Source: Octopus vulgaris (Eukaryota). Taken from it: a stretch of DNA of 64,000 nt. The stretch's first letter is position 1; each line of letters begins with the position of its first letter. Both the position numbers and the translations under genes were made by a program. This document shows, one piece after another, positions 1 through 14,422 of this stretch. The stretch covers positions 34,782,001 to 34,846,000 of the forward strand of contig OX597831.1 of the NCBI GenBank assembly GCA_951406725.2. The letters are read 5' to 3'. The notes under the pieces are model-generated. The model was given only the letters and a program-made list of their open reading frames with translations, had not been told where the DNA came from and did no database searches.

Positions 1-43
1 TGTTTCCGATCATTGTTCTACTTCATCAGAATGAACATGGAGA
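1..43 (-). other. Candidate exon running off the window start
   Basis: Good acceptor tgtgttattctttcag (AG at 45-44). All three frames stop within 34 nt; ATG at 13-11 (MIGN...) overlaps TGA at 12-10. Confidence 0.45.
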
Positions 44-855
44 CTGAAAGAATAACACAAATCATTTAATAACAGATAATTATTACGCCCACAATTTTAT
101 TCACGTGTGCATGTGCATGCGATTCCAATGAGTTTTTTCATAAAAACGGTCACACATGTCTATTTCCTTATGATGGTAGCAGGGGTTAGATTATTCTCAG
201 TCATTTACATGAACTACTGTCAAATGTGACCTGAAGATTTTAATTAGTTCCAAATGTTAACCACTGAATTTATCATGACCTAAATACACAAGCACAGAAG
301 GTTTGAGATGGGGAGCTTAAGTGAATTCTTGAGGAGTTGTGAAAACAATGAAGCCATTTGTCAATCCTCATTCGAAGCTGCTAAAAGGGCCATGTGGTCC
401 ATACGCAGGACCAAATTTTAAATCATGATTAAATACATATGGATATGACTCTTAAAAAACAACTGAGGAAAACAGTATTGACCAAGTTTATCTTGCCCCT
501 CATAATGTAACCATCAACACAACCTTTTAGCATACATGATCAAAATGGCTAACACAACATATGCCTACACTCAACAAACCAACAAGGTCTAGACCCAGAA
601 CAGTCTGAATCATTGCATATATAGGTTACTGATCTAATTATGGAATTAGCTTACTATCATTCTATTAGGACTGCTCCATAACAACATTTAATGGCATTCT
701 TAAAAGTTTACAAATATAAGGCTATGATTAACCAATTATTTTATCTCATATAAACATCAAATCTGGAAGTGAATTAAACGATGTAGGGGAGATTTGGAAA
801 AAGAACAAAAATGATCCAGAAATAGTATTCCACCACCTTTCTTTCTTGACTTACA

Positions 856-893
<38 letters not shown>

Positions 894-3800
894 ATGCACT
901 ATATATATATATATATATATATATACTCTTTTTAACTTAATTTCTGGGTTCTCAATAAGTGGAAGGGTTTGCTAATTCATATATTCATAAGGCTCTGTAG
1001 TTAAGTAGTCACTGTAGTTATGTATCACTTTGGGCAAGTGTCTTCTACTATAGCTCCAGGTTGGCTAATATCTTGTGACTGAAGTCCATTGAAACTGTGT
1101 GGAAGCCAAATGTGTATATGAATGTATGTAGGAGTGGCTGTCTAGTAAGTAGTTGCTTACCAACTACATGCTTCTGGGTTCAGTTCCACTGCATGGCACT
1201 ATATATATATATATCTTTATATATGTATATTTATGTATGTGTGTTTGCCCTTTCACCATCTCTTGACAACCAATGTTGGTGTGTTTACGTCCCTGTAACT
1301 TAGTGGTTCAACAAAAGAGACCGATAGAACAAGTACTAGGCTAACAAAAAATAAGTCTGGGGTCGATTTGTTTGACTAAAAGGCAGTGCTCCAGCATGGC
1401 CGCAGTCAAATGACTGAAAACGAAAAATAAAAACATATACACACACTCATATGGGGTGGGGGTGTTTTAGTGTTTGTCCCATCCCTACTATTTGACAACC
1501 AGTGTTGGTTTGTTTACAGCCCCACAACTTAATGGTTCAACAGACCCGCAATAGAGACCAATAGAAAAGTATCAAACTTAAAAAAGACAAATTCAGGGGC
1601 CGATTTGTTTGATCAAACCCTTTAATGTGACATCCCAGTATGGCCACAGCCCAATGACTGAAAGGAGTAGAAGAAGATAAAAGAATGTGAGCCAATAAAC
1701 AAAGCAAGAAGTTATTTCAAACATAGCAATGAATGATTTGCTTTAATTATAACAATTAGAGAAACTGTATAAATTAATTTTGATTAGCATCTAGAACCAA
1801 TGTAACTGAAGATCCAGCTCTCCATGCAAACGCTATTTGACTTCACTCCCTTTCTTTTACGATATCATCATTATTTAACATCTATGTTCTATGTTGGCAT
1901 GGAATGGATGATCTGACAGGTCCAAGGATCACATCATGCCCCACTATCTACTTTGGCATGATTTCTACAGCTCAATACCCTTCTTAATGCTCAACCACTT
2001 TACAGCATGCACTGAACTTTTCCCTTCTTGGCATTAGCACTAGTGAGGTTACCATACCACTTGCAAAACTATGAACACTAAGAGTGTGTATATAAATATA
2101 TTCTGTTTGCACCTGGAATGTGTGTAAAATACATTTTGTTTACATTTGTATTTACATTTTCAACTGGATGTTATTTCACCTCACAAACACCGAAAAAGTG
2201 AATTATGACATCAAAACAAAACAAAATCATGACTGCCTGGCATGCTAGAAATCGCCTTTAAACTACAAAATACAGACTTAAAAAGATAACAATGCATAAT
2301 AAAAGTAGTAGATATTGTATAAAACTGTTCAAGACGAAGAAAGGTGAGATATTTGTTCAAGTTAAATATATTGAGAACTAAGCTGCACTCCATAAAGTGA
2401 ATTGAGGTTTGTCTGTATAATACTTTAATGAAGGTTAAAGCAGTGGGGGAGGGGACTTCAGAATGTAGTCAATATGTTATGGTGAGTTTTCTGTCAGGGC
2501 TGACCTTAAGCTATATAACAATTCATTTCAATGTACTAATTAGCTTAAAACTTAATTGTATTAATAGCTTGAGGATATAACTCTTATCTCATAAACAAAC
2601 ATCGTTACCTCAGTTCAGTGGTGACAGAGCAAACTATGAAAGAAAAAGGAGATGGTCACAAGGATGCCTTTGCTCAGTCTATCTGGGATTATCCAATCCA
2701 GTGTGTCCTTTTGTTTATTATTGTGTTCTGAGTGAGGACTTAGCTACTATTTCTAGCAGGTAAAAACATTTCAGTACAAGTATGTTAAACAGAAATTGGC
2801 TAGTGTCTGGAGATGAAATATAAATAGAGGCACTTGAGAGGGAAAAATAAAAAAGCAAAAAGCAAGTCAGTTGGCCAATAGCGGAGCTAGTGGCACCATT
2901 AGTAAAAGTAAGACGAGGAAGAACTAAGAAAAAAACCTGAGATGACTGGGCCTAGGGAGAAGATGAATCAAGACAAATGAGAAAAGAACAGTAAAAATAA
3001 TGACTGATGGTGATGATGGCAATTAATTCTGTTGATCATAGTCTTCATTTTCCAGATTAGTTACTCTGCCATTCAACAATTCCTATGTTACACAGGTGCA
3101 CAACAATGCAGTCGATGTATTGGAGCTGCACCCATCAAAATGTGGGTGCATGTTTTAGTTTACAGACATGTACTTGATTAGCATTCATTTAAATGTTATG
3201 CACTAGCTTTGAATTAAAATTTTTTTTTTGTGCTCAGTTCAACAAAAATTCCTCAGTAGCCAGAAATTTCAGAGAATGCTGCAGCCATAATTAAGATAAT
3301 GTTTATTAACAGTACCAAATTAACTCTTCCTTTTTTTGTTCTCCTTCAATTGCCTAATTGCCTCCATTCCTTCTCTTTTGTAACAAACAATTGGAATATT
3401 CAGTCACATACATAAAGCGCAGGTTTTGGCTTTCTGACCACATTGTTTGGGATTCAGTCTCACTGTGTGAGACCTTGGGCAAGTGTCTTTTACTACAGGT
3501 CCAGGTTGATCAAAACTTGTGAGTGGATTCAGTAGGCAGAAACTGAAAGAAGCCTTATATATATATATATATGGATGTAAATAACAAAGAAGAAAATGGA
3601 TGTAAATAACAAGGTGAAATTCATCGTTTATGCTGGTATGTCTTTAATTTAATTAACGTGTGTGTGTGTATATATATATACACACACATACACACATGTA
3701 TGTACATATGTGTGAGTGCATGTGCAGGCATTTCCTTGCCTTGACATCACGACTGTTGCAAAGGAATGCCATTCATATCAGTATTTTATAAAGACATGTC

Positions 3801-6800
3801 TGATCATCAGGGAATATTACTCTGCTTGGAAAAAGATAAGGGTTGACAATAAGGGGATCCAGCTGAAGAAAATCCGCCTCAACAATCTCCATCCAACCAA
3901 TGCAGGCATGGCAAAGTAGATGTTAAAATGACGATGATGTTGATATTTCTCTAACCTTTATGACTTAGCAGTTTGTACAACAAATCAAGATGCCAAACCT
4001 TTCATAATATTTACCACTCATACACAGGTATCCTATAAGCAAGCTTTGTCTCATCCAGATACAGAAAGAAAAATTAGAGTTAAGCATAATAAGGATAAAA
4101 GACTATAAACACAAGAATTGCCTGAAATCTCCATCTTCACACAAGTGCACACCTGACAGTATTCAGGTAAAACACATTTGCTCTGGAATTCCTGTTTTGT
4201 AAACTTAAATATGAAGCACTTCCACTTTATTATTTTAGCTCACCCCAAGATGAATACTGTGTTGAATTTTGCAAATTTGAACATTTCCATATGAAATGGT
4301 TATTCTTTTGAACCCTTTCCATGAGCCAACCAGGAGTAGACCAAGAACAAGATGGTTAGAAAATGTCTATAATCTTAGTTGGTCATGCCTAGGAATCCAA
4401 GCAGGAAAGTTTAATGACTGCTGCTTCTGATAGAACCCTATAGAGGAGATGACCAAGGATACTATCCTCCTAGGAATAAGATGGTTGGATAGATCATACA
4501 AACTGCAAATAGCGAAAAAAAAAACTCTACAGGTAGATGCCTCCCCACTTTTTTTTTTTGAAAGGAGCACCACAACTACAAAAGCCCAGGAGCAAACCAT
4601 GTCCTAACAAATGTACCCATGGTAAATATGTGTGTAAATACAAAATCTAAACCCTTCTAGGAATCCATACAAGGTTACCGATGTATTTTATTTAACTCCT
4701 GTAAAATCTTATATAAAATAAAGCTTTAAATATATTAGCAATCAATATGGACAGTACAAGCATTGATAGATTATTGGTGGTGTGCATTGTCATTTAGTTC
4801 CAGGTCAGTCCTGACTATGCAGACTTACAGTCAAAGGAATTCATTCCAATAGTAATCATCCCATTTTTTCAAGCATAATTCATCAAGAATTATTACATTG
4901 TCCAATGTAATGTCTCACATACAAAATGTCTTAAAGTCTTAAAAAACTAGAGAGTGATTTGAGGATGATTTGCTTGTTATTTCTAGCAGACTAAGGACAT
5001 AGCGCATTTAGCTACAGGCCCCATAGATAAGCACAGTTAATAGTGAATCTTCCAGAAGTGTTGAAGGTTTGGTATTTAACTGGAGACATACATGAAGGGG
5101 AAAGAAACAGAGTAGCAGCTTAAGAAAGAGTACAATGGCTGCAATAAAGGAGAGAGAGAGGGAGAGAGAGAGATAAGCCAGATAATTCAGAAGCTAAGAA
5201 ACTATAATAGCATTAATAATCTAATATTTATCTACCAATCTTAAAAATAATCAACAACTACCTTGCCTAGTAAAAACATATATACTTATATAACAAAGTA
5301 TTAAGTAAGAATAAAGAAAACACTGATGGTAAAATTAGATTTTACAGAAGAATAGTGAATACAAGGATACAAAATTAGCATAGCAATATGAGCAGATATT
5401 CTAACAAAGACCTTACTGTTTCAGGTAATTCAAATTGACATTATCTGCTGTACTTCTTACTAATGTCAGAGTGGAAATCACATTAAACTTTTAGTAAATA
5501 AAACTTCTTTCAGTAGATATGAAATATGGAATCCATAATTAGAAGTAATTTTGATGGTACAATGACTTAGAAGAGAACGTATTTCAGAAGTGGTAAAGTT
5601 TTATTTTAGCAAATATTTCTAATCACACCCACCTTGTATTCCAATCTGTGATGTGATGGTATACGGTATCACTAGTAGAGCAAAAATGATACTGAACAAT
5701 GTTTAAAAAGAGAAAACAAAAAAATGAAATTAGATAATGTGGTTCTACATAAAGTAGGTTTCATTCCTTGATTATAGCTGAAACTTCTTTGATCATAGAT
5801 CTGCTTCGACAAGTCTGACCTGGGGCTAAACAACAACTTCAGATTTACTCTTAACAAAATTATTAACCCTTGCAGTATTTAGTTACAGTTATTTTAAGTT
5901 CCGAGTTCAAATCCCACTGAAGTCAACTTTTTCTTCCTTCTACGGTTGATGAAATAAAGTACTAGTTAAGTACTGAAGCTGAAAGGAGCAACTAAACCCT
6001 TTCCCAAAATTTCAGGCTTTGAACCTATACCACAGACCATTATTAATCCTCTGAATTTTCATGAGCTATCTCAGAATCAGGGTTTAGGAGGAGTGTAAGT
6101 TCTCCAATCTAAATACAACACAGATTTCGGGGTTTTATGGCAACTTGTTGATCAAGTAACAATGGCAAAAATACCATCAGTGTGTCCAATGATTGAATAT
6201 ATTAAGTCATACTCGACTTCAATATATTTAATAATATATGTAAAAGGGGAGGAGGTAGTAGCATGTCACTTATATTAAAATACAAATATATATACAAGAC
6301 TACAGAACAAGGTGCAGCCCCTAGCATTCCCATTTTCTTTCAAGCCGTCCAACCTATGCCAGTATGGAAAATGGACATTCAATGATGGTGTGTATGTCCT
6401 TAAGTGCCAACGCATGAAAGCACTTGGACCTTGAGTCACTCTTTTACTTTTGCTAAATATTAATAAAAGTTATTTATATAGATATATATATTTGTCTAAG
6501 TTATGCTAGTGTAGGAAAACAGGCATAAACTGAACAAACAATTTATACATGCTGGATATGATAAAAGAATGTAACTGGTTGTGAGACAGAGAAGAGTCAT
6601 TAAGTAAAAATGGAGAAACAGATGCAAAATCATCGCCATCATATATATATATATAGTATAGTGGAAACTACTTTCAGGAAAGAGTCTTTAGTAAATATTT
6701 TCATGACAAAAGGGAAAACAAAAGGCACCAAAGAACCAATGCAAATGACAAGAAGATTATACAAAATAACTGAGATCAAATTCAGTTACAAGACTTCAAA

Positions 6801-9004
6801 ATATAATCCAATCCCAATCATCTTGGCATTAGAAAATTCGGTTAATTTTGCAAGAACACAAAACATGCTTTTGTTTAATTTAAACAACCAAAAAAAAAAA
6901 AAAAATAACATAAAAAGTAAAACACTTATTTTGAGACATTTAAAAGTAAAAAACAAAAAAGAAGGCAACAAGGTTTTGCTTTTCTAAGAGAGCTATAATT
7001 ACACAAAGTCTGGCCAAGTACATACATCCATTCGGTACTGAGCAGTTTTAATGTTGAAACTAACTTTTCTTAAAAGTTAATTTTTGCCAGTAGAGTAAAA
7101 TTAGTCAGTTTAATTACTGTAGAGGTCTTTTTGACACAAATTAATAAATGTCTCCACAAGCAACTTATGGAGATAATTTGTACATGGACGAAAGTACAAC
7201 TCTGACATTAAAGCTGTGTTGAAACAACAGTGAAGGCTGCACCAACTCCAGATCTAAATTAACTTTACAGCTCAGTCTAATCAGAAAATTGTATTCTGAG
7301 ACTATCATGAACAGCAGCAGCCTACAATGATTCATTTCTATGCCCCAATTATTGCCATTCCCTTCACTCTTACTAAAACTGGTACTGTAGGATTATTAAA
7401 CTAATATTATTACTGGGCTTCACTTCGCTTTCCATCCTTTTATCCACCCACAAAATATGAAGCTTTGCAAGTATGTTAGAATTAATTATCATTATTGTTA
7501 TTAATAAAATAAATACAGGAATGACTGCATAGATAGAAGTTTGCTTCACAATCACAGTTTCAAGTTCAGTCCTACTGTGTGACACTATAGGGCATGTCTT
7601 TTACTACAACCTGAAGTTGTTCAATGCCTTATGAATGAAAGAGGGTATACAGCTAGTGTACAAAAAACACTTTCATATGTGTGTTCCTGTCCCCACAAGC
7701 CGGCATGCATGTGTGATTGTGTTTATATATCGTCACAGGCATGTGTGTGCAAATACGTGTGTTTTCATATCCTTACAAGTATGTGTGTGCATATAAATGT
7801 GTTTACATTTGTCTCATGACTTAGAGGTTCAACAAATAGATTTTGGTAAAATAAATACCAGACTTACTAAGTAAGAATTCGGGTTGATATGATCAACTAA
7901 ACCCTTGCATGTGGTACCCCAGATCAGTGAGGCCACAGTCCAATGACTAAAACCAATTAACAAATAATACTGGTATTGATGGCGGTGACTAATCCATCTG
8001 CACTCCCAAATTCCAGGTTTTTTGCACATTCTAGAAACATTTTTCCTCTTTAATTCTTTTACTTGTATCAGTCTACAGCCATGCTGGAGCACTGCCTTGA
8101 AGGATGTTAGTTGAACAAATCAACCCTAATACTTATTCTATCAGTCTGTTTTGCTGAACTGCTAAGTTACAGTGACATAAACATACCAACATCAGTTGTC
8201 AAGTGGCAACAGACAGACAGACAGACACAAACATATATATACAACAGTTTTCTTACATTTCTGCCAACCAAATCCACTCACAAGACTTTCGTTGTCCCCA
8301 AGGCTATAGTAGAAGACACTTGTCCAAGGTGTCATGCAGTCAGACTGAACTCAGAACCATGTGGTCGGGAAGTAAGCTTCTTACCACATAGCCACGCTGG
8401 ACAAATAAATATTTTTCTTTAAAGGACTTAATTTACTAAATTATTTTATTTAATTTGGATAAAAAGATAAAACAGCTGGCAATATGAACACCAAACTACT
8501 CACATTAAAGCATTTAATTATCCTTACAACCATTTGTGCCTAAAATTTCCATCATACTAAGAATTATAAACTTAACACTATATGTACATAGACATCTTAA
8601 ATAAATGAAGAACCATTAAGAAAAAAAAATACGACTGTTTTATAGCATGTTGTAAGTTTAATTATTGTTAGCTACTTTTGGCAAGCACAAAAAAAAAAAA
8701 TGATTAAAACATACTTTATACGTTGTAATTAATAAACTAAGAATGCTATTTTCCTTCTACAAACAATATTAAATAAAATATGTCCATAATCAAACACTTG
8801 AAAGGAAAAACTAGCAACTAAACACCTACACAAGAATCCAACCATGCATCTGGAATTTTGCTATGGGGAGAGAACTAATTTCTTTTTAACATCACAGTAG
8901 CAGCACTAGATTTGTCTTCAGCCAAACAAATATTCCATTTACACCAGCACCAAAGTTTTCCATTAAAACATATTCATTGCATATTTCCCAATATGCATTC
9001 TCTA

Positions 9005-9074
9005 TGAGCTAGGTCCCTGCAACAAGTAATGTGCACATGCGCACACACATTACTTCTCATAAGGACCTAGCTCA
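9005..9074 (-). repeat. 70-nt fold-back hairpin
   Basis: tgagctaggtcc/ggacctagctca (12 bp) and aagtaatgtg/cacattactt (10 bp) are perfect arms. The 7 bp between them pair largely by G-U on the minus strand. Confidence 0.85.
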
Positions 9075-11869
9075 CAGGGCTCAGATGGCCAAACGGCCAT
9101 TCAGCTGTCTGGGCCTGATAAGATAGGTTCCTGTGAGGAATCTATAAAACTAAGTTACATGTAGTCAAATCAAGCTGTTTAAAGTAATAATATATTTAAC
9201 TCCCACTAAATGTGTTGAGTGCCTCTTTCTTTCGTTTTTCCACTCATTGTATTCTGTTTATTTGTTCAACATCTATTTTTCCATGCTGGCATGGTTTAGA
9301 AGGAAATTGATTTTGAGGCAAGATGATGTTCGTGTTGCCAACCTACTTTCCAAGAAAGGAATTTTTATATTCCACAGGTTTGCAAAACACAGAGCAACCA
9401 GTCATCATGTCAACATCAGCACCACTTCTTATGCAGTAACAGACAAAATGTAAATATTCATGCATATATATGGGGGAAGGACTCAATTCAGTTTGCTCTA
9501 CCAAATTCACGAACAATATATTCATCAGGCAAAAGCAATAGCAGAAGATCTTTGCCCAAAGTGCCATGCAATGGGACTGAACCTGAAACTACATTGTTGT
9601 ACAGCAAACTTCTTAAGCACACAGCAGTGTCAATTGATACACATTTTAAACGGTATTTATTTGCAAACAAATCAAAATTAAATATGAAGCTGCTGGCAAA
9701 AATCAAATCAATAACCCCCATGTATTGATTATATAGTTCTTAGGGTCAATTTTTATTTATACATCAATCCACATTAGGATAGTTTACTAGGTTAGCCCAA
9801 GCTAAATTGCTAAGAAAGTTCTATATGAAATCAACAGTCAATCCATGTTGAGGTGAAAGTTTAATAATTATGATAAACGCAATTTTATATCATTTGTTGC
9901 CAACATACATTTCACCACTGCAATTATTTTGCAACCTTTGCACTGGATGTCTCAAGTGCAATTGGATGCTGAACCAGAGCAGTCCATCAGGGAAACATTT
10001 TATTACATAATGTTACAAAACCAGTAGCAGTATTACATCTAACTGTATGCACAAGACACACACACACACACACGTATTCCAAGCTAAAAGAAGAATTTGG
10101 CTATGTGTGTTTGTGGTTCAATAGATCGAACATTTGACCAGTCAGCAAAATGAGTAATTTAATTTCCAGCAACAAATAGTTTGTTGTTCGTCACTTTTGT
10201 ATTATTACGTACTACTTATTCCACTTCATGTAACTAATATGGCTTTATATATATATATATATATATATAGTCTATGATTTTAATTATGTTATGTAAGCAC
10301 TTATGTACATAAGTTATTGAACATAACAATAATTACAAATTAAGACATTGTAGAAACAAATATACACAGATTGGTTTGTAATATATTAAAACGTAAAAGA
10401 GCAGATGTTATTAAGATGATATACTTGCTTTGAGAATGAAATGACCTCAAACCAGGACATCAGTGGGTATATATTATCCTTAACAGCAACAACACAGCAG
10501 GAAATATAACAAGCAAGATAACAAATAGTATCGATCAATACAGGAGAAATTAGATAAATAGATGAAAAACAAGAACAAAAGTTTAAAATCTTTTCAAATG
10601 AAAATGTGAAGAAAAAAAAAAAAGAGAAAGAGAGATTAAATATTCACAACATCCATTTAAGAATCTGATTTACAGAAGAATTCCATTCCTGATAGCAAAA
10701 ATCCAAATGTGATAATTAGATGGAACGATAACAAGATTTAGTTTTTCCAGTTGGCAGTTTACGAACACTGAAATATTCTTCGACAAGGATGTTATTTTGG
10801 TCAGGTAACGAATGAGCTTTGCGATTGATATGAACGGTTGGTGTCAAAAGGAGAAGAGAAAGAGATAGAGATGAACAGAGAGAAGAGAACATGAAGAATG
10901 GAGCAATCCTGACCAGAAACAATCACTTGATACTTAACATGGACAAAAGATTAACAATTGCTCATAGAACTGCTATTTTTTCTTTCTTTCTTTCAAATCA
11001 TAACATTATGTTACAAAATGAAACGTCAAATGTCAAATAAAAGCTCTGTAATCCATTCAGTCTTTTTTAACTAATGCTTTTGCAATCATATGACTGAAAT
11101 TATTTTGAGAAGAAAAAAAAAGAACTAAATGAAAAGACAAAAGTAATTATTTAAAAAAAAAATAAATGCAAATGAAATAAGCCTATAGAAAAGTGACTTA
11201 ACATGAGGAATTGTTGCTGTAAACAGACTTCTAACAATAACTTTGTTAAAAATGAATAAATTGAGTTTTAAAATAGTTTCACACTGGTATATAATGATGT
11301 CTTTTGACCAAAAAAACAAAGAAAGAAAAAAAAAACTCTCATATTTATGTATCTAATTTTGTATTAACTTTAGTAATTAAAAGTCATAGAACAAAAACCT
11401 AATTCACATGTATCAAATGTGGGGGAGAGGAACAAAGATGGAGAGAGAGAGAGTGAGAGAGAAAGAAAGAGAGAACTGGTGATCATTATGTCTAAAACAT
11501 CACAAAATAAGAGTTTACAGATTAGATTTGATGGAGCTGACTTCAATGTTTAAATAAAGACAAATTTTTAAACTCAAGTTGCAGAACCAATTTTACATTA
11601 GAAAAATAATCACAAAGAGTAAACAGACGGTATGCTACAGTTTAATGAAGAATCAGATCAAATATCAAAGAGATTTGCATATATTCTTATAAAATGCGAA
11701 AAGAAAACAACTACATTATTATTATTATTTTTCATTTACTGGATTGGTTTGAAAGAAAACTGTGCCCATAGCCCCTGAGAGTGATTGGATATTAACACCA
11801 TTAAAACACTTCTTGGATATTTACAAGTCAATGACAACAGAAAGAAATTCCAGAGAATTAATGTTTTAG

Positions 11870-13440
11870 GGGAGTGGGCATAGAGATTACTACAGGGTGT
11901 CCAAGTGGGAGAATGGGCAACGTTAGTCGTGTGAGATGAGTGAGGTCAGGAGTGCCTGAGTGGAGATGGTACAGGACCGGTCAGCTCCAAAGAGAACAAG
12001 TCTCTGTAGTAGCAGTAAAAAAAGGCAGAGAGAGGAGACAGCATGTCTGCTGGAAAGTATTTTCGTGACTTTATGCCAACAGTCAAGTGGTTTTTCTTTC
12101 CCAGCTATCATGGATTATGCATGTGTATAGCAAGTAACATCATGGACATTCAAGCAATATTCCACAATAGGTCTTGCCCAACCATCATAAAGTTACTAGT
12201 TGCTGGATGAAGAACAAGAGCTGTCTCTGAGATGCAGACTTTGTAAAGCTGAGGATATGTGTTTGTCAAGAGAGATGCTCAGTAATTGCGAGGCCTCAAA
12301 TTTATCACGACCTTCAAAGTGCTAGCTGTATGCTGTTGAGATTCTTCAGAGGGAAGAACAATGAGGCTTTCTTGAGATCTGTAGAAATTATGTCTTAGTT
12401 GTGTTGAAGAGGTCAAGATTAGTATCTGCCCCACTTCTGGAGGATGTATTCATGTAGTCAGTACAGATTCAACAAGAGGGGTTTAGACTGCATGTTGATG
12501 ATACACCAGAAGAGGAGTCAGACAAAGCGCTATTAGCACATGTTGTGAAGGTATGATTGTTAGAAACCCACCGAGATGAGAGATGGAAGAAAACCACATA
12601 TGGGTAGTTTTGCTGTGAGATTTTTATTCTAGATAAGGTCAAAAACCTTGCAGGTGTCAAGGACAACACTGTTTTCACTAAGTTTCTCAAGAGTAAGAGC
12701 CCACTAATGAATGGCATACGAGAGTGGGTTCCTGATAGATTTCTTCATAGAGAAGCCATACTGGTAGTCACTAAGGAGAGATTCATGCTAATGGAAAAGA
12801 CTGTTATCAACGGCTGTTTCCATCATGTTTAAAATATCAATACTGGAAGTTGGTGCTATAAAACAGGATCAGAAAGTTTGCCCTTCTTTGGAATGAGATG
12901 TGCTGTAGTTTGTTTTCAATAATCAGGATATATTGAGTGAGAGAGAGAGACTGATGAGCTTGGTAAGGAAAGGGGCTAGCTCTCAGGTACATGGCTCAAA
13001 AGGTAAAAGAAGGGACAACTGGCCTTGTTGATTTGAAGTGAATGGAAATACTTTTGCGCTTGACATGTATGCATGCAAAATGTTGAGCTTGGCAGAGTGG
13101 AAATGAAATAGTATTGGAGGGTATTAGTGTGTGTAGTGTATACTGGATGCTAAACAAACAAAACATGTGGAAATTCTTTCCAGAAGGGCATTGCTTACAG
13201 AGTATCAAAGTTGGCATGTGGAAGAAAGGAGGATTCTGCATAGTTGATAGAAGCCCATTTAGCAAGTGATGAAAAGAATAAGCTACAGCTGTGTGGGAAA
13301 TGTTAGAGCTTGTTAGTTGTGTGATGCAAGAAGGTATCTTTCCTAGTTTGAATAAGGGCCTTACAAGACTTACAGTGCTGGGTTAAAGTTGTCTGATATT
13401 GTTGGAAACTGGTGGCATGGGATCATTAGTTGAAGTTATC
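11870..13440 (-). mobile_element. L2/CR1-clade LINE ORF2 remnant
   Basis: Decayed RT motifs on the minus strand: HLIPKKGKLSDP, LLSDYQYGF, VLDTCKVFD (ALDxxKAFD), SGVS (SGVPQG). Many stops and frameshifts. Confidence 0.75.
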
Positions 13441-14422
13441 AGCTTATAGCACATACTATGAAAAATAAACCACCAATTTTAGCTTCAATTCCCAATTAAA
13501 ATCATTACACTTTGCTTTAATACTATTAATTTTCTCTGAGAATAGCTAACATGTACCTTATTTCTCCTTGTATTTTAATCAAAGGACCTCTATCTATAAA
13601 AGTCAATATTTTGCCTGAATGATACGAAGAGCAAGGATACTCTTGAAGGTAATTAACCTTGTTATATTTCTGTTGAATACACTGCCTTTGTTCATCATCG
13701 TCATCGTTAAACGTCCACTTTCCATGCTAGCATGGGTTGGACGATAATAACTGTCATTATTAAGCTGATGTTAGAAACATAAATTAACATGAAATATTGA
13801 AGGTAAGTTTTAATTAAGATCATTTTAAAACAGCAAGTTTATATCATAAAAGAAAGGGCAGTTTCAGGTAAGTTGGTATCAAAAGAGTTAAACCATGGAA
13901 AAAAGAAGACTACTAGGAGATAACAGGGAGACATGATTGATATGTCTAAGAAATTCAAATGAAGAGCAACACTATTGAAAGTTTTTACTTAACTCTGAAA
14001 CAGTGTAACAAAGTTTACCTTTCAAACAGGTTCTTTTTAACTTTCATTTTCGCAGAGGTTGCACAATCAAATGCTCTGATAATTAAGTCGAGCATTTAGT
14101 AAACAAACATTTCAGAACTTCGTATCACAGAAAACACGAGTTTCCAACATCATAAAGCTCAGAGATTGTTACACCTGTCATTTATAGGAATTATGATTTT
14201 TCTATGTTTCAGAAACAGCTGTTGTTATGATGGGATGTTTGTTTTTCTGGGTATTAATGGCAACTTAAGGCGAAACAAAAAGAAAATTTAATAGGAAACC
14301 TTAAAAACTAGAACTGAATTAGATTGAGCACCGTTATCTTGAAGCATCACAACTTCAAGTACAAATATGGCTGACACACCAAAATCAATTCCATTCACAG
14401 TATAATTCCTCTTGCTATAAGT

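Noticed and set aside
3572-3612. 17-bp direct repeat atggatgtaaataacaa inside a (TA)n tract
   Set aside because: Too short to interpret; probably a slippage product or the end of a small repeat.
6610-6987. 125-aa Lys-rich ORF
   Set aside because: A-rich low-complexity intron sequence spanning poly-A and (TA)n, with no splice or homology support.
12950-12975. Hammerhead ribozyme core (CTGATGA...GAAA), also at ~30320 and ~31287
   Set aside because: No flanking helices I-III could be formed.
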